A stretch of DNA of 63,311 nt, from positions 3,689,961-3,753,271 of the forward strand of contig NW_004797274.1 of the NCBI RefSeq assembly GCF_000002075.1, in the 5' to 3' direction. The notes beneath the pieces are model-generated. The model did no database searches and was not told where the DNA came from. It worked only from the letters and a program-made list of their open reading frames with translations. The position numbers were made by a program, and so were the translations under genes. This document shows, one piece after another, positions 13,201 to 24,766 of this stretch. This stretch comes from Aplysia californica. Its lineage: Eukaryota. Position 1 is the first letter of the stretch. Each line of letters begins with the position of its first letter.

Positions 13201-15851
13201 GCATGAGGAAATTATTTCATAGAGTATCCCCATCCGTTGGCTGTCATACTGGGTTAGCTTTGACAGACATGGTTGACATATTCTGCTTCCTAAATGATCT
13301 TAAATGTATTGATAAGATGTGACATTTACCATTATTGTTTTCAGCTATCCGTGCTTTGAGAATCCTTATCCGATGGACCTGCATGAGTCCCCAGTGACCG
13401 CCTGCCAGTATTATGCTAACTGCCCCATGGACATCATCCCTGCACTCTACTCAACCGGCAAAAATCAGAAGAAGACTGGGTTCAGTGAAAAGGTGAGGGC
13501 AAATAACCCTCTCATAACACGACATATTGTAGCTTTTGTTCACACCATATATCGTCGGTCGCCTGATAAAACCGTGAATTCCACACATTTTCGAAAATCG
13601 TTTTTTTGCATATTTTGATAGTGCTCGGTGAGATACATGTCCCTGTAAAACAATTTTTCAATTATCTCAACTCAAACGTGTAATCTGACGTAATAAGAAA
13701 ATCGTGAATAAACACCGTGCCCCAAAAGTCGCCTGATGAAACCGTGAATCCCACACCTGTGTGGAATTCACGATCTCATCCGTTGGTTTATGACTTGTGA
13801 GGCTGACCGTTGGCGCCGTGAACGCCTCTTTAAACCATTGAAATATGGACGACTGCGTTGAGCAAACATAATGGTCGGTCAGTATTCATGGTTTCCAGGC
13901 CAAAGATTAAAATTTATGATGTTGACTGCATGCGTTTTGCGGGAAAACCTCTCTGTCACATAATTAAAATGCCTATTTCCTAGATGCAGGACTGGTACGT
14001 TTCACAACGACTGTGAAATTCGAATGTGTGATGTGTGTGCCTTTCTAGTAGTGGTTATACAATTTTGATCTTGCTCATTTGCAAAAAAAATTTTTAAAAA
14101 TTAAATAACAAATTCGAAAATTGACGTTGTCAAGTATAAATTACAAGTATATTTCCGTGTGGTATCACAACCCAAACTTGTATGACATTGAAAGCTCTTT
14201 GATTTGACATCAGAGTTCCCTAACGAGAAAAGGAATTTTGAGAAGCCGAGCAATGTGAACCATTTTGGGCATCAGAGAAAGCTACAGAAAATACAGCACG
14301 GAAATAGTAGAAGAACCAGACTTCAATGAAGAAAAAGTATCATTCAAAGTACACGGTGTGTTGGAACAGATCAACGGTGCTTTTTTAACCTACGAGAGAG
14401 TAAAAGAGGATGAGAGAGAGAGAGAGGGAGAGGGAGAGGGAGAGGGAGAGGTGGGGGGGGGGGGGGGAAGCAGGCAGCAATTTAAGCAATACAAATCAAG
14501 AGATGGGACAATTAAAAAAAACTAATGAACTGAACCCCAGATGTGATTGCTCAACCAAATCAATGGACTACTCACTATTAAAAAACAACGCCAGAACAAC
14601 TATCTGAACAACTATCTCTGTCTTTGTTTGGACTTTGACACGGGGAGACAGAAAGTCCTAGGTAAACGGTAGTCTCAACTCGAAAGAGTACAATTTAAGG
14701 GAAGGCGATACACCAAGCTGAAAGATGCACACTTGGGTTTTTTGTCTGAAAAAGAATGACCAGATCAAAGTTTGCAGGATATTGATATCTATGACCGGGC
14801 TCACCCATTGTAAACTGCTCTAGAAGTGCCCATGCCAGTTTCATCATCGTCTGGCTCACCCGGAACAGACAAACACTTTCCACTATTCCCTACCCTGGAC
14901 TAACTTCTTCACATTTTTCAAATGTTTTTCCAGTTTTCAGTTCATCATTTTCTGCGACTTTTCTACAGGTCCCACATGGTCTTCCCTTGATCTTTTAAGC
15001 TGTTGACTCCAAATTAAAACTTTTTTGTTATGTAGCTGCCTGATTTCCAAATGGTCTGCTCAGTCCAATCCATCTCCACTGCTTTCTTCTGCGCGAAAAT
15101 TTTCTGGTCATAACTCCCTCATTGGTGACTCTGTCCATCTGATCCTGAGAAACTTCCTCAGGCACTTGTTGATGACAACCTGGATCTTCCAGAACTTTGT
15201 AAAGGGTGCTTTAGAAGAGCGCAGCCCAGCTGCACCACCAATCAATCCACAAGCCAAGGAGTTTCTGCTCACATCTGTGGACATGTTTCTGAAGGTTCCC
15301 TCTCACTCTTGCCCGCAAATCTCTGAAAAACTGTATCTTGATCCCTGATTCTGTAATCTGTCGGAGCTTGAAACAGCCTGCACTGGTCAGGGACAATCTG
15401 CCTTTTATGTCAGGCTACTCAAATATGTGCAAGATGAAAAGAATATGTCGATCTATGAGTAAAAAAAAATCAATGTGAATTGTGCGTGAGTTTTGAGTCT
15501 TGACAGCATCAGCCAGACTAAGTGGGAATCTCACATGTCAGAAAAGAACATGACAAAGAAAGGGCACACAATGGTTAAAACCTTTGCTCTTAGGCAAGAA
15601 GACCTTGTGATGATTTGCCTGAATCTTCAGGGTGTACTTTTGTCATTGTCTATTAATTCATCCAGCTCTTGTTACAGAAACATGAACATAATCTTCAATG
15701 CAACCTTGTATGGTGCCATCTTTTACTTATGAACAAAAGGCACAAGGTGGTTTGATTGCAAACGAATTCACAAGTTGTTCGATGGACTTTTTTTAACGTG
15801 CACAAATGCATAGAAGGTTATAACAATATATTATTATACAGCTACGGGTGC

Positions 15852-15897
<46 letters not shown>

Positions 15898-18800
15898 TGT
15901 GTTTGTGTGTATGTGTATTGTGTGTGTTTGTGAGTGTGTGTGTAGATCAGGTAGACAAAAAGAAGACCAAATTGTTAATGCAGTATGAAGCCTCTGATAT
16001 ACATAAGGAGAAATTCTTTGCTGACTGAACTCTAACGAAGAGTGGGAGAGTCTTCTAAAGTCCTGAGACAAGAAAAACTTAACAAACAGTTCCCCACCAC
16101 TGAATCATTCATCTGATTAACAGTCCTTCAGGGGGTATAGAATTCTGACATAAATCAAGTTCTCAACCCATCCACCACCCCCTCCCCAAAGGAAATACAC
16201 TTACTTACAATTGGAGAAAGAAGGATAGAAAGAGAGAAAACACTCAAATGAAGGAGTATGATTTCATAAATCACATACAATATCCCATTCATGTAAGAGT
16301 GAGAGATGTTTATAGTGGTAAAATAATGAATAGCACTCAGTCTGTAATTTCATTCTCAGTTTTAAATTGGTCTTTTAAATTCTTTCTTATAACAGTATTT
16401 CGTGCTTTCATATATTTTTAAACATACCAGGGCTTCAAATAAGAGAAAACACAACGCCTAATAACCGCGAATACAACACCGCGTTCCCAAAAGCCTACTG
16501 ATGAAATCGTGAATTCACGACCGCATCAGGCGAGATTGGAATATGAAAATCGTGAATCCCACACTTTTTCGAAAAAATGACCATATACGGTAAAAAATGT
16601 ACTACAGTATTATTTCTAAATGGTAATTGAATAGATTTATCCATTTAGTTTATATCTTGGACGCCAAATGACGGAGAAAATCTTTTCCCTCTCCTGTAAA
16701 ATTTGCATCGTGTGGAATTCACGATTTCATCAGGCGACCTACGATATGCCACGTTCTGGTAAGTTGTGATATGAAAAAAGCTTAAGTTTCACCTAGTGGT
16801 AGTTTAAAATTGAGGATAAAAAGTTGGAAACTCATCCTTTTAACCTAAACTTTTGTTATAAGCATGCTTTTCTGGGGTCAGTAAAACTTTACTTCTATGG
16901 TCCATGTTAGTACAGGCAATATCTCATGACAGGTTGGATAGTCCTAGCTAGCTTAAGTAAAGAGTTTGCCAATATTTGAGTGAGTATCATTACGTTTACC
17001 AATGTTTAAATGAGTGTCATTTCTGAGTGAGGAGTTTTGGAGTGGCATAACTGAGTGAAGAGCTTGCCAATTTTTGAGTGAGTGTCATTACTGAGTGAGG
17101 AGTGTGCCAATGTTTGAGTGAGTGTCAATACTGATTGGCGAGCTTGCCAATATTTGAGCGAGTGTCATTACTGAGTGAAGAGTATGCCAATGTTTGAGTG
17201 AGTGTCACTACTGAGGGAGGAGTGTGCCAATGTTTGAGTGAGTGTCATTACTGAGTTTTACAAATGTTTGAGCGAGTGTCATTACTGAGGGAGGAGTGTG
17301 CCAATGTTTGAGTGAGTGTCATTACTCGGTTTTACGAATGTTTGAATGAGTGTCATTACTGAGTGAAAAGTGTATCCAGAACTTTACCAGTGTTTTAGTG
17401 AGTGTTATTTCTTAGTGTATCACTCATCCTTTATGCTCTTTTTCAGCCATGGCCAGTCAAAGGAGGGTCTTGGGGCTCCAGCACCACCAGCTACCCAGAG
17501 ATAATTATCACAGGGTAAGATTTGTTTTTTTAATTGATTGTGAACCTGTGGATGTAGTTGAAGGTGTGGGTTTTTACACCTACATCGACTACAATTTAGA
17601 TGATTTAGGAGGCAGGCTTCCGACCCTGAGTGTCCGGGCCTACTCGGGCTGAGAGGGATACAGTATCCCAGCTGAAAGATGGATATACTTGATAAAAGTT
17701 TCTCCCCTCTTGGGAATTGAACTCGGGTCTCCTGCATGTGACAAGGAAGCGCCTAAATGCTATACCACAGAAGCTGGTTCACAGGATATTTAGCAACTTA
17801 ATTTCAGGTTGATTAGGGAAACATAAACACTCAGCTATGCTGAGTTCCTAGTGTACTTTAGACAACTGGTTTTGTGTGAAAAATTATTTCATCTTAAGAA
17901 ACGGCCAGTCTATCAGCCCTTAACTTCACATTTATTGTGGAAATTGGGTGGTGCAAATGCCAGACCATAAGTTTGTACTATGGTATTAATATTGTTTTTC
18001 TTACTTTATACTTTTCCTAACTTAGGAGGATGAAGACTATGTAGTCAGTGGTAGTAGTGGCGGCGGTGGCCTTGATCTTTCTATGTTATTGCTCAAAGCT
18101 CAGTGAAATGTATATATTGCTTTCACTCCTTTATCTATGTAAACAGCCTTCTAAAGTTGATAGATGTATCATGAAACCTGTCTATTTTCCTTTTCTTTCA
18201 GTCACGCTGATGGTTCTTTGAAGTTTTGGGATGCCTCTTCAGGTAAGTTGAATTCCTTTTTTCCCCAGCAGATTTCAGAAAAACAAAAAGAGCAGTATTC
18301 AGCAATTCAAATTTACAATAATCCAACAATGAAAATGCAAGTAAATTTGAATTCTATACCTAAGAAGAAGGGGGGGTGGGGGTGGTATGTAAACTGTCTC
18401 TTCCCATTTCTAAATGATTTGGCTGGAAAGATCTTATGGTCTGCTTTTGTATAGTATAGCCATTTTATGTTTATATAAAGTACTTGTCAAAGTCAGATTT
18501 GATGCGTCCTGTCACAGATGGGGTGTAAGTTTAAATTCTTTGTGTGTCTAGTTCTACTCCCAACTTGTCGTATGCTGTTCATTATGTCTTTTTGTGTAAT
18601 GTATATTGTTCTTTCTCTTGTCATGTTCCTCTGCCTGTTTTGTTCTATTCCCAATGTGTTGTGATCCATTATGTATCAAACTCTGTTCCCCTTTTGTCAT
18701 GTTCAGTTCCTCATGTGTTATGTGTCCTGTTCTTTCTGTTCCCTATGTGTCATAATATTTCATGTGTCATGTTCTGTTTCCCCACATGCCAATGTTCTCA

Positions 18801-21800
18801 TATGTCCTGTTCTGTTCCTCTCTTGTTATGTTTCATTTTTGACATCATGTTATTTTATTGTGTCATGTTCTGTTCTTCAGATGTCACATTTTATTATGAG
18901 TCAATGATCTGTTCTCCTTGTGCTATATGTTCTCCATGTGCCTTTGTCTGTTTCTCACGTGTCATTTTCTGTTCATTTTGTGCTATTTTCTGTTTTTCTC
19001 ATGTCAAATTCTGTTCCTTTTGTCGTTTTATGGCATGGTCTTCTCCGCTGCTGCCATACACCATATTTTGTTCCTGATGTGATTGGTCCTCCTCCATTTG
19101 TCTTGTTTTGTTTATTATCATGTCGATTTGTTTCTCCTGTGGGAGTTTAGCGGGTGCTCTGCTGTGGTTTACTCTTTCTGATCTATCCTATCAAACATCT
19201 ATCACTCTTATCTCTCCTCCTTTTTTTTGGTAACTCCATGAATCTTCAGCGTGTATATGACTTAATTGTGTTGCAAGTGCCGTGGTCGGTGGTTGACGGG
19301 TGCTCTGGTGTGGTTTGCTTTGTCTTTCCTGTCGAACATCTATCATCCTTATCTCTCCTCCTTTTTTGTGTTTGTTACTCTCTTGTAACACCTCTAATCT
19401 TCGGCATTTCTATGACCTTGTGTTGCAAATGCTGTAAAACACTTACTAAAACTAAAGCTAAAGCAAGTGCTGTAAAACTGTACTAAAATGCAAAAAAAAC
19501 CCCAACTAAACTTGTTTCTCTTTACTCAGTGGGTGCCTGGCCAGTGCTCTGGTGTGGTTTGCTTCTTCTTTCCTGTAAAAAAACTATCATCCTTCTCTCT
19601 CCACCTTTTTTGTGTGTCTTACTCTCTTGTAACGCCTCTAATCTTCAGCACTTATTTGACCTTATTGTATTGCAAGTGCCGTAAACCTCTTACTAAAAAA
19701 ACCCAACTCTCCTTACTCAAACTAAATCAAATGAATCATGTCTTGTTCTATTTTTCTCCTCCAGTGAATCTTCAGTTCCTTTACAAACTCAAGACTGCCA
19801 AGGTGTTTGAGAAGCCAAAGCGGCCATCAGAGGATAAGGACGATGACCCGTTTGCCATCCAGAGCATCTTCCTGTGCCCGGAGAGCAGAATCATGTGTGT
19901 GGCCGGGCCCACCCACTGTATACTCTTCAAGTTTTCCAAGCAAGAGGTTTCCATAGACTTTGTTGTAAGTACTGGGATAATAATTATTGCTGGCTGCTTT
20001 CCTTAAACTTTGAAGTACGTACTGAGGAAATAATTATTGCCTCTTGGTTCTTTTTTCATTTAGATTTCCATAGACTTTGTAGTAATTGCAAAGGTGGTTA
20101 ATAAATACCTTGAGTTTCTTTAGTCACTCTGGTTTCCATAGACTTTGTAGTTAGTACTGAAGTAGTAAATGCTGCTTTGTAGTAAGTACCAAGGAATTCA
20201 TATTATTATCTCCTGTGTTCTTATTTCACCTGGATTTCCATAGAATTTGCAGTAATTACAAAGGTGGTTAATATCTCTGTACTTGGGTTTCCATTGACTT
20301 TGTAGTAAGCGGTGAAGTGATTAATACTGATTTTTTATTTCATTAGTTAGCTCTGAAGAACTATCAAACCTGCCCTAAACGCCACCCTGTATTAATTAAG
20401 AGGACCACTTGTCTAAAATGGCAACTTATCTCCTCGACAGTTGGTGGCTGTCTTAGACATTTTTAATGTTAGTTAATACTGATGGATTTTTTTTTGGATT
20501 TTTTAACTTGAGTTTCCATTTTTTACATGAGTTTCCATAGACAGGGGTTTTCATGGACTCTGTGGTACCAGTGTCTACGGTGTAATGGTTAAGCTCTTTG
20601 CTATTGAAAGAAGAAGACATGAGCTCAATAAGCTGTGTGGGAAAGTTATTTTACCAAAGGTCTCTGCCTGTCTGCTGAGATACCGTCTGCCTCTAAACAC
20701 TGAGTTGAAGAGGCTTGCTTTCTAGATGATCTGAATTGTGTTGATAGAGGCATTTACTGTCAATCAAAGTCAGTCACTTTATGTCTTCTGTTGTCTTGCT
20801 CTCCCCAGACCCTGGAGTTCTCTATAGTGTACGAGGTCTACGAGGAGATGGACTCACCAGAGTTTGATTTTTCAAAGCCCAGCCTCAGCGTCATGGGTCA
20901 GCACAGCAGCAGCATGGGGTCTTACTCCTCCAATGCCTCAGACAATGCCAAGGTAGGTCAATGTCTGGTTTTGGTTTGATTAAAGTTTTTTTGACACTTG
21001 CAACTGCAGAAGGTCAAGTTAATTGTTTTCATGTTTATTTTCAGGAGGGCTTGGTTTTACTCGGCGAAATCAGAATGGAAGTATCTAATAATATATAGTA
21101 AAAATTGAATTTTAAAAGCAGCAGAGTACAGACTAGTAGATGATTAAATATGTTTTGTCCTGAATATACGTGTGATTGGAGAATGCAGTTGATACTTCCT
21201 ACTTCATTTCATTCCCCCTGTTATTTCTGTCTGTTCGTCTTGCCTTTTTCCTGCTGTAATCAATTGTTATCGTGTCAATTTGTTTCTGTTTACTCAAACA
21301 CACCAAAAAATATCTTAAATGAATCATGAGACTCCCTCCTGGTAACTGCAGCAATACTGAGATAACAACTTCTTTTCTTCTGTTCTAAATGACCGTTTTT
21401 GTTTTGTTGTTCTCTTTTCTAGAACTCGTATAAGTTTCTCACAAATGGTTGGAGAATGCCAGTGGTAGATCCAACTTCTTTTCTATTCCCCCTTTGTTTC
21501 TATTATTTTTGTATTACATTTTTCTTGTGCTAGATGATGGTTATTGTATTCATGTGCTTCATTGTACTCAAGCTCGTACAAATAATACATTTTGTGGGTG
21601 GTTGGTGGATGCTCTGGTGTGGTTTGCTCCTTTTTTTTCCTGTCAAACACCTATTATCCTTATCTCTCCTTTTTTTTTTTTTTCATTTTACATGATAGTA
21701 ACACCTGTAATTTTCAGCATGTGTATGATTTATTTGTGTAACAAGGGCTTTAAAACTCTTACTAAATCTGAAGCTCAAACAAATTTTTCTCACAGTCTGA

Positions 21801-24726
21801 GACGGTGACGTCTGTGAAAGCCAAGACTGGCGCCCGGCGCTGGGGCCCAGGATTTCTGCCTGACCTAGTGTGTATCCTGTGTTGGGTGGACGGAGAGCCT
21901 CCAGGCAATATCACAGTCATGTCCCTCAACTCTTCTTACGGCCTGTAAGTAGCTATCGGGCAACATCACAGTCATATCCAGTCACGTCTCTCAACTCTTC
22001 CTAGCCAATATCACAGTCATACAGTCAAGTCTTTCCGCTCTTCCTACAGCCTGTAAGTAGCCACAGAGTCATATAGTCATCTTTTTCAACTCTACTTGGC
22101 CAATATCACAGTCATACAGTCATGTCTCTCCATTCTTATTGACGAAGGTCTTTTCACAGTCTGACAATAGTGTTTCTCAACTATGCCTGGTCAGTATCAC
22201 AGTCATATTTCTTCACTTTCCCCTGTCAATACCCCAATCCTTTAAAAGCGATATCAGAGTCATGTCTCCCCACTTTTCCTGGTCAATATCTGTCAAGTTT
22301 CTTGGTCAATATCACATTTATTTATCTTTCCACTCTTCCCAGTCTATGTGACAGTCATATCTCTTCACTCTTCCTAGTCAATGTGGTAGATTTCTTCACT
22401 CTTTCCAGTCAATATCAGTCATGTCTCTTCACTCTACAGGGAGAGGAGAAGCCGTTCTGTGTCGGATGCGACACAGATTTTACCATTAGACACATTTTAA
22501 CAGAATGTCTAGACTTTGGAGAGATCCGAAGGAAATATTATAAATGCAAGAAATTGCAGGATATTTTCTCCGTCGTTGTTCCCAGCAGAATTTTAAATTT
22601 TATAAAGGCCATTGGCCTTTATGGCGAGTTGTAAAGTGAATCTGATATTATTTAAAATTTTTATTGTTACTTAAAAGTTGTTTTAGATCACAAATGTATT
22701 TACACCGAATTTGAATATTTTAACTTTTTAGCATTTTAAAGTAAATTAGTTACCAGTCGTGAAGTGAACTTTCGCAGAGGTGAACAACTTGTGTTTCGCG
22801 CGCTCATATGACCTTAGCAGTTGCGAGCGCCGTAAAACCTTATACTACTACTACTACTACTCTTCCCAGTATCCCCCCGGGGCGGTGCCACTGACTGTAG
22901 TGTCTTTAGGCCATTCCCAAAGGGGGGACAATTCTCGTTCAAGCACAGTAGAATTGTAAATGGGCTGATTCATGTCACGCTCATAACTGTGCCTTATCTA
23001 CAACAGGGAACTGCTGCTTTTTCTTTCCTAATCCTTACTGTTGTCATTTTCCTCTACTTCTTTTGTATGTTTGTCACACTCTTGTGACCTGCTATTTCCG
23101 GGGTGCCTTGATAGTCGAAACAGACCTTCTGCTGTTGAAGCTAGAGAAGTGAGCAGAGTAAGTCTGATTCCCTGTAAAGATTTCTGTGTTGACACCCACC
23201 CCTTGGCGCTCATATGACCTTATGCAGTTGCGAGCGCTGTAAAACCCTCTACTATAAAATAAAACAAAAAACAGCTCTTCCCAGTCAACATCACAGTCTT
23301 GTCTCTTCACTAGGGCTGGGATTATACGGGTAATTTGATTCCCAGGTAATGCCCGGGTAATGAAAAAAATACCCGAGCACCCGACATTTCAACAATCATA
23401 TGTTGTTTCTTTACTGCTCTGCCTGCTTGCGATTTCATTTGGGTGTTTTCCCTTCAAATGCTTTAAGAGGCTTGAAGTTGAAGACCCCTCAGCTCTTGCT
23501 ATGCTTTTGCAGATGTTGCAGGAGGCGCTTTTTTCATCTTTTATTTTCTCAAAGTAATCCCAAGCGTATGACTTTTTAAAAAACATCTTGATAGAAACTG
23601 TGCCGAAGGGACAAAGCCAAAGAGATTTAAACCCTTTTACTTCCCATAATTCTTAGAAATTTTCCTCATCTCCGTTGGATTCTTAGAACTGCGCACAAGT
23701 TGCTTCCATATATAAGGACATTGAAATTGAAACTATAGGCCTGGCCCTACCGAAGTATCCGATTGATTCTTGGAAACTTTCTTATAACATGCCCAAATGT
23801 GGCCTTTTTTTTGTAGCGTGTTGTTTTCCTGGGAAAGGAGGGCGGTACAAGTAGTGGTGGGCACTAGTCGATATTGGCCCATATTGAGTACTGTATAGGC
23901 TGTGAGAGCTCTGTATCGATAAGTACTCAGTACTTATTAAGGTTCGAACGAAGGGGCGTAATTTAAGTGCAGTTTCTTAGCATTAATGAAGAAAGTAGAA
24001 AACCCGGGTACCCGACACCCATACCCGGGTAGCCTGTTAGGAGCTCTTCACCCGGGTACCGGGCACTTGCCCAGCCCTACTCTTCACTCTTCCCAGTCAA
24101 CATTACTGTCTTGTCTCTTCACTCTTCCCAGTCAATGATACGGTCATGTCTATCCGCTCTTCCTCTACAGTTTTTTATTGTTTATATGTATTTTATAAAT
24201 TATACATGTAGGGCCTTTACAAGTTGATGCAACAGAGAGAAAAAAATGCATAATGTTGCGTTCACTGCAATCAATGGTTTCATTTGCTTAGGTAGCCACA
24301 GACACCATCTTCACAAAATGTGAAATTTACACAAAATGTGTGAAAGAAAATTCCTTGTGAATATTTGTTATCTTTTTTCCCCTCTGTATTTTGCAGTCTG
24401 GCGTTTGGCAATGAGTCTGGTCTGGCAATTGTGGATTACCTGCAGAAGACCTGCCTGCTCAATCTGGGCACTCCAGATTTATATGGTATGCCCTGGGAAC
24501 NNNNNNNNNNNNNNNNNNNNNNNNNNNNNNNNNNNNNNNNNNNNNNNNNNNNNNNNNNNNNNNNNNNNNNNNNNNNNNNNNNNNNNNNNNNNNNNNNNNN
24601 NNNNNNNNNNNNNNNNNNNNNNNNNNNNNNNNNNNNNNNNNNNNNNNNNNNNNNNNNNNNNNNNNNNNTGGTGAGTGTTTGTGTGTGGGTGAATGTAGTG
24701 TGTGTGTGTGTGTGTGTAAAAGAGAG

Positions 24727-24766
<40 letters not shown>

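Larger units (their letters stand above)
21903..24170 (+). repeat. Tandem array derived from the exon w15 3' end and donor, interrupted by three TEs
   Basis: CAATATCACAGTCATGTCTCT(C/T)(A/C)ACTCTTCC-like units; second CCT|GTAAGTAGC at 22050-22061. Confidence 0.82.

Noticed and set aside
16960-17415. Regular repeat array as a possible CRISPR
   Set aside because: Head-to-tail units without unique spacers, eukaryotic intron, no cas genes: a minisatellite.
18544-19077. 177-aa Cys/Phe-rich ORF
   Set aside because: Translation of low-complexity TGT/TTC repeats; no splice or homology support.
21423-21433. Possible microexon after a strong pyrimidine tract
   Set aside because: No good donor; would shift the frame or introduce TAA; w14-w15 already join in frame.
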